A stretch of DNA of 54,162 nucleotides from an uncultured Gammaproteobacteria bacterium (GTDB lineage: Bacteria; Patescibacteriota; Patescibacteriia; Magasanikbacterales; GWA2-37-8), in NCBI GenBank assembly GCA_964561035.1, contig CAZLNR010000003.1, forward strand, positions 3,558 to 57,719, written 5' to 3'. The notes beneath the pieces are model-generated. The model was not told the origin of the DNA and searched no databases. It worked only from the letters and a program-made list of their open reading frames with translations. Positions within the stretch are counted from its first letter, which is position 1; the number at the start of each line of letters is the position of its first letter. Both the position numbers and the translations under genes were made by a program. This document shows, piece by piece, positions 1-8,222 of this stretch.

Positions 1-2221
1 ATGACATGCTTGAACCTGGTGTCGGTGTAGGAGTAGGTACAGGTGTAGGTGTAGGTGTAGGTGTAGGTGTAGGGTTAGGTGTGGAATATGCTGCTAGATA
101 ATCTTGAACTGAGTAACCATCTGCACCAGCATCATAATTTACTTGCCACCAGTTAAACCCGCTCCCTGATACTGGCCCAGATACTATTGTACCCAAAGAA
201 CCTAACACTTGGGTACCAAGTAAAGTTCCAGCTGTGCTTGGAGTCGAGCGAACATTTAAATTCGCAGTTGTCTGCACTCGCTGGCCAACTGAAAATATAC
301 CAGTTGGATTTGGTGTTGGGTTGGTTTGTGTGGTTTGAGCACTGCAACTAGCAGTTGTACCTCCATTTGAACCCGCGCATGTCCAAGACCATGGACCAGA
401 ACCAGACACAGAGCTTGCACTACCAGTAGAGCATAAACCGGTAGTAGGAGCTGAAGAAAGTGTTGCGTTATTTGAAGAACCACAAGTACCGTTAACGGGA
501 GAAACTGCTACAGGAATTGTAATTCCATTAACTACAACCGAGGCGTCATCTAGCAGCACATTTTGTAACGGAGCACTGCCTTCTTGGAAAATACCAACAC
601 GTACTCGATCTAAATCTCTACTACTGTCTAAGTTTACATTTAAAGAAATATTTTTATCTCCAGTTGTCGCGTTAACACTCGCACATTCTTGAAGTGAACT
701 GCCTACAGCGTAATCAACAAGAGCACAGAAAGAAATTTTTGAAGCTGACGCTACAGTAGGCCTTGCCTTAATTGACGCAACAAGCAAATTTGATTTTTTA
801 TTTGGAAAACTAGCTAAGCTGCGACCTGTCCACAAAATACTATCGCCGTAACCTGCAATATTAATCACAAGACTACGATTGCCGCTTATAGGGTTAACTG
901 TAGTAACATTAACTGATGTTCCACCTTGGTTTGGCTCAAAATCTGAGGTGTTTAATTCAAAACCAGGATCTTGAATTAAATTATCACCAGTTGCAGATGC
1001 TGGAGGTTGTGTAGTTGCGCCTACAAAAGTTGCAGCCACAGTTCTGGCTGCTGTCATAGATACAGTACATGTTCCGGCACCCGAGCATGCCCCAGTCCAA
1101 CCGGAGAATGTATTACCTGCAGATGGAGAAGCAGTTAACGTAACTGATGTGTTATTAGCAAAGGAAGCGGAACAAGTTGAGCCACAAGTGATACCTGCTG
1201 GCTGCGAAGTAACCGTACCGTTGCCTGACTTTGTAACTGTAAGAGCAAACATTGTTGGAGCGGTCTGAGAAAATTGAGCACTGCAACTAGCAGTTGTACC
1301 TCCATTTGAACCCGCGCATGTCCAAGACCATGGACCAGAACCAGACACAGAGCTTGCACTACCAGTAGAGCATAAACCGGTAGTAGGAGCTGAAGAAAGT
1401 GTTGCGTTATTTGAAGAACCACAAGTACCGTTGACTGCGGTTGGAACAGGAGAAGAAACCATTTGAGCGCTACAACTAGCAGTTGAACCGCCATTTTCAC
1501 CCGCGCATGTCCAAGACCATGGACCAGAACCAGACACAGAGCTTGCACTACCAGTAGAGCATAAACCGGTAGTAGGAGCTGAAGAAAGTGTTGCGTTATT
1601 TGAAGAACCACAAGTACCGTTGACTGCGGTTGGAGCAGGAGCAGGAGCGCCAGCAGAAATACCTGCTAAAACAACTGATACATCGTCAATTAACACTCCG
1701 CTCAAAGCCTGGCTTCCTTCTTGGAAAATACCAAGACGAACCTGCTCTAAGTCCTTACTGTTATTCAAGGCAAAACTGAGAGTAACTGTACCTTTATCAC
1801 CGACAGACCCGCTTACTTCAGTACAATTTTTTACAAATTCACCATCAGCATAATCTATTAAACCACAAAAAGAAATGCCAGAGGCAGAACTTGCAGTAGC
1901 TTTAATACGAGCTGAGGCAGTAAATTGAGACGATCTTTTAGTGGCAAAAGTAGAAAGATCTTTTCCTGCCCACAAAACACTATCTCCATAACCGCTGATT
2001 CCTACAGACAAACTTCGAGAACCGCTTATCGGATTTGCTGTATTAATATTTACCGATGTACCGGCCTGATTTGGCTCGAAATTTGAAAGGCTGGTTTCAA
2101 AACCAGGATCTTCAATTAAATTACTATCAGCCAATGCTGAAGGTAAATTTAAAATGGAATAGGCAAACAAGCCAAAAACGGCTAGCAGTACCGATATTCC
2201 AAGTGGTTTCCTCATGCTCAT
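1..2221 (-). CDS. Large secreted modular surface protein, 3' end cut by the window edge and absent from the supplied ORF track. Module order: signal peptide, CBM4_9-like module, two Cys-rich ~53-aa modules, InlB-B-repeat-like module, second CBM-like module, third Cys-rich module, SH3b-like module, Thr-Pro linker.
   Basis: My own translation of the third minus frame from ATG 2221 (MSMRKPLGISVLLAVFGLFAYSILNLPSALADSNLIEDPGFE...) appears open down to nt 1 (...GADGYSVQDYLAAYSTPNPTPTPTP); stop codons were spot-checked in-frame at 1-130 and 541-660 only. Recognisable strings: NLIxDPGFE...IDDxSVV twice; TVTKSGNGTVTSQPAGITCGSTCSASF...GWTGACSGAGTCTV; NLNVRSTPS...GFNWWQV. An alternative start is at 2215. 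Confidence 0.8.
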   Translation of the reverse strand, partial: MSMRKPLGISVLLAVFGLFAYSILNLPSALADSNLIEDPGFETSLSNFEPNQAGTSVNINTANPISGSRSLSVGISGYGDSVLWAGKDLSTFATKRSSQFTASARIKATASSASGISFCGLIDYADGEFVKNCTEVSGSVGDKGTVTLSFALNNSKDLEQVRLGIFQEGSQALSGVLIDDVSVVLAGISAGAPAPAPTAVNGTCGSSNNATLSSAPTTGLCSTGSASSVSGSGPWSWTCAGENGGSTASCSAQMVSSPVPTAVNGTCGSSNNATLSSAPTTGLCSTGSASSVSGSGPWSWTCAGSNGGTTASCSAQFSQTAPTMFALTVTKSGNGTVTSQPAGITCGSTCSASFANNTSVTLTASPSAGNTFSGWTGACSGAGTCTVSMTAARTVAATFVGATTQPPASATGDNLIQDPGFELNTSDFEPNQGGTSVNVTTVNPISGNRSLVINIAGYGDSILWTGRSLASFPNKKSNLLVASIKARPTVASASKISFCALVDYAVGSSLQECASVNATTGDKNISLNVNLDSSRDLDRVRVGIFQEGSAPLQNVLLDDASVVVNGITIPVAVSPVNGTCGSSNNATLSSAPTTGLCSTGSASSVSGSGPWSWTCAGSNGGTTASCSAQTTQTNPTPNPTGIFSVGQRVQTTANLNVRSTPSTAGTLLGTQVLGSLGTIVSGPVSGSGFNWWQVNYDAGADGYSVQDYLAAYSTPNPTPTPTPTPTPVPTPTPTPGSSMS
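42..71. repeat. Hexanucleotide microsatellite (GGTGTA)x5 with degenerate flanks (~18-84). It encodes the (Thr-Pro)n linker of the surface protein.
   Basis: Direct reading of the sequence. The repeat is in frame with the 1..2221 minus-strand CDS. Confidence 0.9.
335..493. repeat. Copy c of a 159-nt intragenic repeat that encodes the Cys-rich module NGTCGSSNNATLSSAPTTGLCSTGSASSVSGSGPWSWTCAGSNGGTTASCSAQ.
   Basis: Identical by eye to 1274..1432 over all 159 nt, although the two copies are ~940 nt apart. Confidence 0.9.
1274..1621. repeat. Tandem copies b (1274..1432) and a (1463..1621) of the same 159-nt intragenic repeat, with a period of 189 nt.
   Basis: Copy a differs from copy b only in about the first 40 nt (plus-strand numbering). 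Both copies are followed by GACTGCGGTTGGA. Confidence 0.9.
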
Positions 2222-2247
2222 AGGAATGTGAATTAAGAATTATTAAA

Positions 2248-2757
2248 TTATTTTATTTTTTTTATCCAAAGACTTTGACCGGCGCAAATCGCAACCGCTA
2301 AAGCATCCGCCGCATCATCTGAGGTGATTTTTTCTTTTACTCCTAAAATTGTGCCTACAATCTTTTGCATCTGCGATTTTTCTGCTCGGCCATACCCTGT
2401 AATTGCTTGTTTTACTTGCAATGGAGTAAATTCATCTATAGGAAGATGATTTTCTACACCAGTCAACAAAATTACACCTCTTGCTTGACCTACTTCTATA
2501 GCCGTTTTAACATTTTTAAAGAAAAAAAGTTCTTCTACCGCCATCCTTGTCGGCTTATACTTTTCAATAATTTTCAATAGTTCTTTATGTATTTCCGCTA
2601 TTCTTTCTATAAAACTATGCTTTCCTGAAGTTTCTACACAACCATAGGCAACTGCCTCCCATTCACCTTTTTTTCCTTTTTTTATTAATCCATACCCCAT
2701 TCTGCCAAACCCAGGATCAATTCCCAAAATTATCTCTTCCTTCATACAATAGGGCAC
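2248..2757 (-). CDS. ruvC: Crossover junction endodeoxyribonuclease RuvC
   Basis: ILGIDPGFGRMGYG N-terminus and typical RuvC length. The likely true start is MKEEI at 2745. Confidence 0.9.
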   Translation of the reverse strand: MPYCMKEEIILGIDPGFGRMGYGLIKKGKKGEWEAVAYGCVETSGKHSFIERIAEIHKELLKIIEKYKPTRMAVEELFFFKNVKTAIEVGQARGVILLTGVENHLPIDEFTPLQVKQAITGYGRAEKSQMQKIVGTILGVKEKITSDDAADALAVAICAGQSLWIKKIK

Positions 2758-2762
2758 AAGCC

Positions 2763-3491
2763 TTAGTTCGCGTTTGTAAAATAATCCTCCACATCATCAT
2801 TTTCCTCCAAATTTTCAAATAATTTATTTAATTGTTCTTCTGTTTCGGGATTAACCCTTACCATTTCTTTTGCTTTCCATTGTAGACCAGATTCTGTCGG
2901 CTCTAAGCCAATTTCTTTTATTTTAGCCAAAACCGACTGTAAATTCTCAATTTTTGCTTGAATTTCTATGTCTTCTTCTTGAATTTGCACATCTTCAGCG
3001 CCTGCGTCTGCCATCTTGAGCTCAAAATCTTCAAATGATATCTTTTTATTATTTATTTCCTCTAATTTTAGCAAAACTACTCCCCGCTGCCCAAACATCC
3101 ATTGCACACTTCCTGCCCCTGCCATTGTTCCACCGTGAGTTGAAAAAATATGTTTTAAGTCTGAAACTGTTCTATTTTTATTATCTGTAAGACACTTTAC
3201 TATTATTGCCGTTCCTCCCGGACCATAGCCCTCATAGGTTGCCTCTTCAATTTGCTCTCCTGCCAACTCCCCTGTACCACGCTTTACAGCTCTGTCTATA
3301 TTATCTTTGGGCATGCCAACGCTTTTTGCCTTTTCTATTGCCAGCCGCAAAGCGAAGTTCATAGTCGGATCTCCGCCGCTTTTGGCAGCAACCGTAATTA
3401 GTTTGGAAATTTTTGTAAACTGTCCGCTGCGCATGGCATCTTGCTTACCTTTTCTTGCCTGAATATTATGCCATTTACTGTGCCCGGACAT
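2763..3491 (-). CDS. yebC: YebC/PmpR family DNA-binding transcriptional regulator
   Basis: MSGHSKWHNIQARKGKQDA hallmark N-terminus; 242 aa. Confidence 0.92.
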   Translation of the reverse strand: MSGHSKWHNIQARKGKQDAMRSGQFTKISKLITVAAKSGGDPTMNFALRLAIEKAKSVGMPKDNIDRAVKRGTGELAGEQIEEATYEGYGPGGTAIIVKCLTDNKNRTVSDLKHIFSTHGGTMAGAGSVQWMFGQRGVVLLKLEEINNKKISFEDFELKMADAGAEDVQIQEEDIEIQAKIENLQSVLAKIKEIGLEPTESGLQWKAKEMVRVNPETEEQLNKLFENLEENDDVEDYFTNAN

Positions 3492-3530
3492 ACAACAAAT
3501 TTTTTAACGAAAATTTATATTGATAATTAA

Positions 3531-3559
3531 ATTATACCATTTTTTTGAGAAAAAATCAA
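3531..3559 (-). promoter_or_regulatory. Sigma70-like promoter for yebC-ruvC: -35 TTGATT, 17-nt spacer, extended -10 TGGTATAAT.
   Basis: The reverse complement reads TTGATT-ttttctcaaaaaaatgg-TATAAT, about 40 nt upstream of the yebC ATG. Confidence 0.5.
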
Positions 3560-3561
3560 GG

Positions 3562-5415
3562 TTAAATCTCAATTTTTTTATCACCAAGACGACTATTCTT
3601 CTTAAACCAGTCAAAAAATCCATTTTTTTGCTCGCCCACCATTAACTGTACTTGGGATTTTTTAGAAAAAAATGGCATTACCTGCGCTTTTATCTCCCCA
3701 CTATCCTCCAAAATCAGACCAACACTTATTCCTTCTTGAGTTTCTTTAGAGAAATACTGATCAAAAATAAAATTACCGAGAGAATAAAAGATAAATTTAC
3801 CTTTATATACTTCTGCTTCTTGGATTACATGCGGATGATGCCCGATAATAACATCAACACCCCAATCCACCAGCTGGTGCGCAATATTTTGCTGTTTGGT
3901 ATTAGAATTTCGCTTATATTCTTCTCCCCAATGAATATTTACTATTACAAACTTTGACTTACCTTTAGCATCTACCACTGCCTGTTTCACTTTTTTCATA
4001 TCCATCTCACCTTCTGTGGCATTTAAGCCAATAAAGGCAACGGTAAACGGCAGTCCTTGCTCTTGTCCGGCAAAATAGGTATATTCCGAACCTTGATGAT
4101 ACTCATCACCAAAATAGCCAAGCTCGTTTTTTTGCAGCACCTCCCGTGTAAAAGCCACATTTTGCTTTCCCATGTCATAGGAATGATTGTTGGCTAAATT
4201 GAATGCGTCAAACCCATATGATTTCAGCTGTATAGCTAGTGCCGGATCAAAACGAAACGCGATACTTTTACTAGTTTGCACTCGTACTGGCGCAAACGGA
4301 CCTTCCAGGTTGGCAATATACATGTTTACGCCTGTAAAAAACCTATCCTCTTGACCGCGCAGATTAGCAAAAACATAATTTAGCCCATCTTTATTCATAT
4401 TAAGCACCACATGCCGATCTAGCATTATGTCACCAAAGAATTGCAGAGTAGCGCCAGATTTTTTGGACGGCACACCTTCCGTATAATAACCAATAACATG
4501 ACTAGTGGTTTCAGGTAAATCATTACCTATAATACGACCACTGTTGGTATGAGAAAATAAAGAAAAAAATTGAGATTGTTTATTTTGGTTATACTTTAAT
4601 AACGCATACAAACTTGGCTGACTATCTACTTCTAGATTATTTAAATTTTCCAAGTTGGCGCTCTCCAGGACATTAAGCGATAATTCATCATGAAAATCTG
4701 CAGCTGATTTTGGTAAATAATGAGAAAAATCAACACTAGCTAAAAATAGCACCTTACCTTTGCTCTTTGCAAGAAATTCAACCAATTCATCAAGACGGTT
4801 ATTTGCAGTGCTATTTTTAATAATTAAAGGCACAACTGTGGCCTTGGGCCAGGTTTTTTTTACAAACGGCACTAGAGCAGAAATACTATGCTCATCGCCT
4901 ATTATCGCCGGACTTGCTGACGCAAAATGCTCATCAATAATGGTGTCAATTAATTTTTTGTTCGTATCCACAATTCCGTATGGCGTCTGCCAATCTAAAC
5001 GACTAGTAATAATCGCGTCTGAACCGATTTGCTTGTGATTAGGACCGATAATTATCACCGTATTAAATTTTTGACTAGCCAGACTGTTAAAAAAAGAACC
5101 AATAAACTGCCCAGCAATTAAATGGTGTGGCATAACTGCTGAAAAGACAGGGTTGCTTATTTTTTCTTGCATCTGAAGATTGGAAAAAAATACATCGTAG
5201 AAACCTTTATCCATAGAATAGGCTTGATGCATTTGAGAATCTACGGGCAACTGTTTATAAGTTCCCAACACAGGCAACTGAACTATCTGGCGATTATAAA
5301 ACCAAAAACCAAGCACTGCCGCTATTGTTGCCAACAAGAACACTCCAACAATATAGACGAGCCACCTGGTTTTAAAAAACATAGAATTTTCTATTTGCGA
5401 ATTACCCCTCCCCAC
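3562..5415 (-). CDS. Membrane-anchored fusion protein: an N-terminal MEMO1/AmmeMemoRadiSam-system-B-like domain and a C-terminal CapA (PGA_cap) metallophosphatase-like domain.
   Basis: MEMO-like strings: PHH...IIIGPNH...DEHSISALVPF...ASVDFSHYL. CapA-like strings: FFGDIMLDR...ANLEGP...NLANNHSYD...NIHWGEEY...GHHPHVIQ...SLGNFIFDQ. The likely start is MFFKTRW at 5382. Confidence 0.7.
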   Translation of the reverse strand: MGRGNSQIENSMFFKTRWLVYIVGVFLLATIAAVLGFWFYNRQIVQLPVLGTYKQLPVDSQMHQAYSMDKGFYDVFFSNLQMQEKISNPVFSAVMPHHLIAGQFIGSFFNSLASQKFNTVIIIGPNHKQIGSDAIITSRLDWQTPYGIVDTNKKLIDTIIDEHFASASPAIIGDEHSISALVPFVKKTWPKATVVPLIIKNSTANNRLDELVEFLAKSKGKVLFLASVDFSHYLPKSAADFHDELSLNVLESANLENLNNLEVDSQPSLYALLKYNQNKQSQFFSLFSHTNSGRIIGNDLPETTSHVIGYYTEGVPSKKSGATLQFFGDIMLDRHVVLNMNKDGLNYVFANLRGQEDRFFTGVNMYIANLEGPFAPVRVQTSKSIAFRFDPALAIQLKSYGFDAFNLANNHSYDMGKQNVAFTREVLQKNELGYFGDEYHQGSEYTYFAGQEQGLPFTVAFIGLNATEGEMDMKKVKQAVVDAKGKSKFVIVNIHWGEEYKRNSNTKQQNIAHQLVDWGVDVIIGHHPHVIQEAEVYKGKFIFYSLGNFIFDQYFSKETQEGISVGLILEDSGEIKAQVMPFFSKKSQVQLMVGEQKNGFFDWFKKNSRLGDKKIEI

Positions 5416-7211
5416 TCAATTACCGTAAATCCTTTGCGTTGCGGCGTGCGACCCAAATTAAGCTGTGCGACTTCTTTCGGTTCGTCAAGCGGCGTAAAGT
5501 CCATTAAAATTCGCACTACCGTATCTGGGCGCGGAGAAATAGTAAGCGGAGCTAGTTGATTCATTTGTTGAGTGCCTAAAAATGTTACAAAATAATAGGG
5601 CTTAGCTTGCATACGAGGCAGCCAGAATTCCATAAAATCTTTTGTTTCCTGCTGATTTAAACCGAGTTGAGCTAATTTTTTTGGAAGCTCAATACTAATA
5701 TCTTCTTTTTTAATAACAAATCCTTTATCCGGCTGTTGATATACATCTCCCGTGCCTTCCCAAAACAAGTATGGGTATTGCTTGCCAGATTTTAATTCTG
5801 TTAGTTTGCCATCTGGCTGTGCCTTTACCTGCCAGCCACCATTATAAAATGGATCAGAGTAAGTCATCCCACCTTTTGGCTCAACTTTAACTGATACATT
5901 GGTAGTTGTTTCTGGATAGAGATAAATAACCGGCTTTCCACATTCAGCTGGAATAATAAAACGCTTATTTTGCATCTTAATTAGTCTGCCAAATGGATCT
6001 ACCCAGAATATTATTGGTTTTAGGGTAACAAATTGCTCATAGCTTACCTTATAACCATTTTCTTGAGGGAAATAAGCATGTTCATAAAATGATTTTAATA
6101 AACGATGGTTCTTATCTTTGAGTTCATATATATTATCTCCTTTACTGTTTTTGCCTACTACTTCTAAAGTAGTTGCCACAGTAATATCTGAGGATGTAAC
6201 AACAGAAATATAATTCATAGCTCCGCAACCACCTTGGTCACCGTACATATATTCATATCCATTCCACGACCCATCATTCCAAACAATTTGCGCTAAAGAG
6301 CTATTTTTATTAAAGAAATCGGGTTCTAAAGCATAAGCAGCTCGTGTACTGTCAGGGCCACGCAAATAAAAACCACCAGTAACGGCCGAAGTGTACACGG
6401 TGCCAAATTGAGAATCGGTAAATGATAATACTTCTGCCCTATCAGAAACACTATTAAAGCCAACACGTTCTGATATAGGATAGATTCCTTTAAGAATTAA
6501 AGTTTGCCGATCGTTTTGTCCTTTTAAAATTTTAGGAAAATCAAGTTTTGAAATTCTAAAATTAAAATCAAGTTTTACTAATTTTTGTGAAGAACTACCA
6601 AATGTGTCTAATTGAGCTTGTAAGGAAGCCATCGAATCAGAGGAGTATGTTAAGTCATATCCATTCCACCAAGAATACTTAACCAAAACCGTAAGCTCTT
6701 TTTTAAAATCTAATATATAGAAATACCAGGGATCACCGGGGCCTTCTGGAGGAATTTCCACCAACAAGAGTCTACCTTTTTCTCCACCAGTTTCAAATTT
6801 ACCTACTTCATAGTACTTACTTTGAAGATACGGGTTTGGTTCTGGCTCATAAGCAGAGCTCGGAGCAATATCATTCTGGAACCACTTCAAATTTTCAATC
6901 TGTTTTGGCTGAGACCAAACAATCTTTGAGGCAATTTCCGCAGGTAAAGAGGTGGTAGGAAAACTAAAACTTACTGGCTCAGGCGGACTATCAATACTAT
7001 TTGGTATTGGCTCTTCTGCAGGCACATTGTTAATTGAAGGCGAGTATACAGGAATATTAACCACAAGTTCATTTTTATTTTTATGCTGCGAAAAAAAGTA
7101 ACCACCTAATGTCGCTGCCACCACCACAAGCACACCAACAAAAAATAATATGCTTTTTATTTTCCAAGATAGTTTTGATTCTAAAGGAGTAAAATCTTCT
7201 TCTGGCAACAT
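5391..7211 (-). CDS. Hypothetical membrane-anchored (N-terminal TM) extracytoplasmic protein, 606 aa
   Basis: Long ORF with one N-terminal hydrophobic helix (ILFFVGVLVVVAATLGGYFF). I recognise no motif. Confidence 0.6.
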   Translation of the reverse strand: MLPEEDFTPLESKLSWKIKSILFFVGVLVVVAATLGGYFFSQHKNKNELVVNIPVYSPSINNVPAEEPIPNSIDSPPEPVSFSFPTTSLPAEIASKIVWSQPKQIENLKWFQNDIAPSSAYEPEPNPYLQSKYYEVGKFETGGEKGRLLLVEIPPEGPGDPWYFYILDFKKELTVLVKYSWWNGYDLTYSSDSMASLQAQLDTFGSSSQKLVKLDFNFRISKLDFPKILKGQNDRQTLILKGIYPISERVGFNSVSDRAEVLSFTDSQFGTVYTSAVTGGFYLRGPDSTRAAYALEPDFFNKNSSLAQIVWNDGSWNGYEYMYGDQGGCGAMNYISVVTSSDITVATTLEVVGKNSKGDNIYELKDKNHRLLKSFYEHAYFPQENGYKVSYEQFVTLKPIIFWVDPFGRLIKMQNKRFIIPAECGKPVIYLYPETTTNVSVKVEPKGGMTYSDPFYNGGWQVKAQPDGKLTELKSGKQYPYLFWEGTGDVYQQPDKGFVIKKEDISIELPKKLAQLGLNQQETKDFMEFWLPRMQAKPYYFVTFLGTQQMNQLAPLTISPRPDTVVRILMDFTPLDEPKEVAQLNLGRTPQRKGFTVIEWGGVIRK

Positions 7212-7279
7212 ATTGTTAAAATAATTTTAATTATATACCTATAATATTACACAGTAATTACAAGCACAGCAAATAATAC

Positions 7280-8134
7280 CTACAACAAGGACACTGCTGA
7301 ATGTATCTGTTCATACAACTCCGGCGAAATAGCTACAACTATATCTCCTTTTCCTGTCTTAGGGTCAAATACAGGATTATTCCATTTCCCGCCTCCCAGC
7401 TGCACCATCCACGCCAAAGCGCCCCAATCAATAAAATGATTTGCTTTTTTTATGTAACCGCACAGCTGCCCGGTAAGAATTGCGTTCATGGTAAGAGACC
7501 AATCATGACGCGGTTCATAATCTTCAATTAAATCTATAACGGTAAATCCTGCGGCAGTTAATTTTTGTTCCTGTTCTACAGCATTGTGCTTGCCAAATAC
7601 AACCCTTTCCGAAGATTGAGGCATGGCGTACTTTCGCCACTCTTTACCATCTCGCACTTCGGCATCAGTGGTAATAAACAGGCCTTCGCCTTCTATGCCA
7701 ATATAAAAAATGCCTGAATGCGGTATATAATCTACCACCGCCACAAATGTTCCATTTTTGCGAATTGATAGAATGCTATCAAAAATTTTAAGACCGTCGC
7801 GATAAAAAATCGTTCCATTTATAGGATCAAGCGATATTTCATAGGCTGCCTGACGAGGAAAGTATGCGCTAATTCTGTCATGTTCTGCTTCTTCCCCATA
7901 AAAACTAACATCAGTAAAAGTAGTATACAAAAAACAACCTACTATACTTTCCACTAAAATATCAGCATCAGTTAAGACCGCCCCAAACCGACCGCCTTCT
8001 TTTACCAAACAACTATTTTCTTTATTATCGGTAATCAGAGATTGTAATTTTTTAGCCAAAATACCAGCCTCTACCATACAGGGCAGTATTTTTGTCAGGG
8101 CATTTTTAATTCCTATTTCTTCAATAGCATTCAT
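7280..8134 (-). CDS. Inositol monophosphatase/FBPase superfamily protein with divergent motifs
   Basis: GEE...SLDPINGT (a DPxDGT-like motif with D replaced by N) and IDWGALAW (a WDxAAG-like motif). Confidence 0.5.
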   Translation of the reverse strand: MNAIEEIGIKNALTKILPCMVEAGILAKKLQSLITDNKENSCLVKEGGRFGAVLTDADILVESIVGCFLYTTFTDVSFYGEEAEHDRISAYFPRQAAYEISLDPINGTIFYRDGLKIFDSILSIRKNGTFVAVVDYIPHSGIFYIGIEGEGLFITTDAEVRDGKEWRKYAMPQSSERVVFGKHNAVEQEQKLTAAGFTVIDLIEDYEPRHDWSLTMNAILTGQLCGYIKKANHFIDWGALAWMVQLGGGKWNNPVFDPKTGKGDIVVAISPELYEQIHSAVSLL

Positions 8135-8181
8135 ATATATTCTTTACTTCATCTTAGAACATGATTGGCACACCGTCAACC

Positions 8182-8212
8182 AAAAACCACTCCTTGCGAG
8201 AGTGGTTTTTTT
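8182..8212 (-). terminator. Rho-independent terminator after rpoC (A-run / hairpin / T-run, so potentially bidirectional)
   Basis: CCACTC-cttgcga-GAGTGG stem flanked by AAAAA and TTTTTTT, starting 11 nt past the rpoC stop. Confidence 0.7.
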
Positions 8213-8222
8213 GGTGATTACT

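Noticed and set aside
153-1611. Track ORFs 153..347, 256..483 and 1135..1611 (minus strand), with repetitive Leu/Gln/Val-rich translations
   Set aside because: They are wrong-frame shadows of the real surface-protein frame, which the track omits because it has no stop inside the window. Their identical peptides simply reflect the 159-nt DNA repeats.
335-1621. Possible CRISPR array, given repeated identical ~159-nt units
   Set aside because: The units are far longer than CRISPR repeats, lie in frame within a CDS and encode a protein module. There is no regular repeat-spacer periodicity and there are no cas genes.
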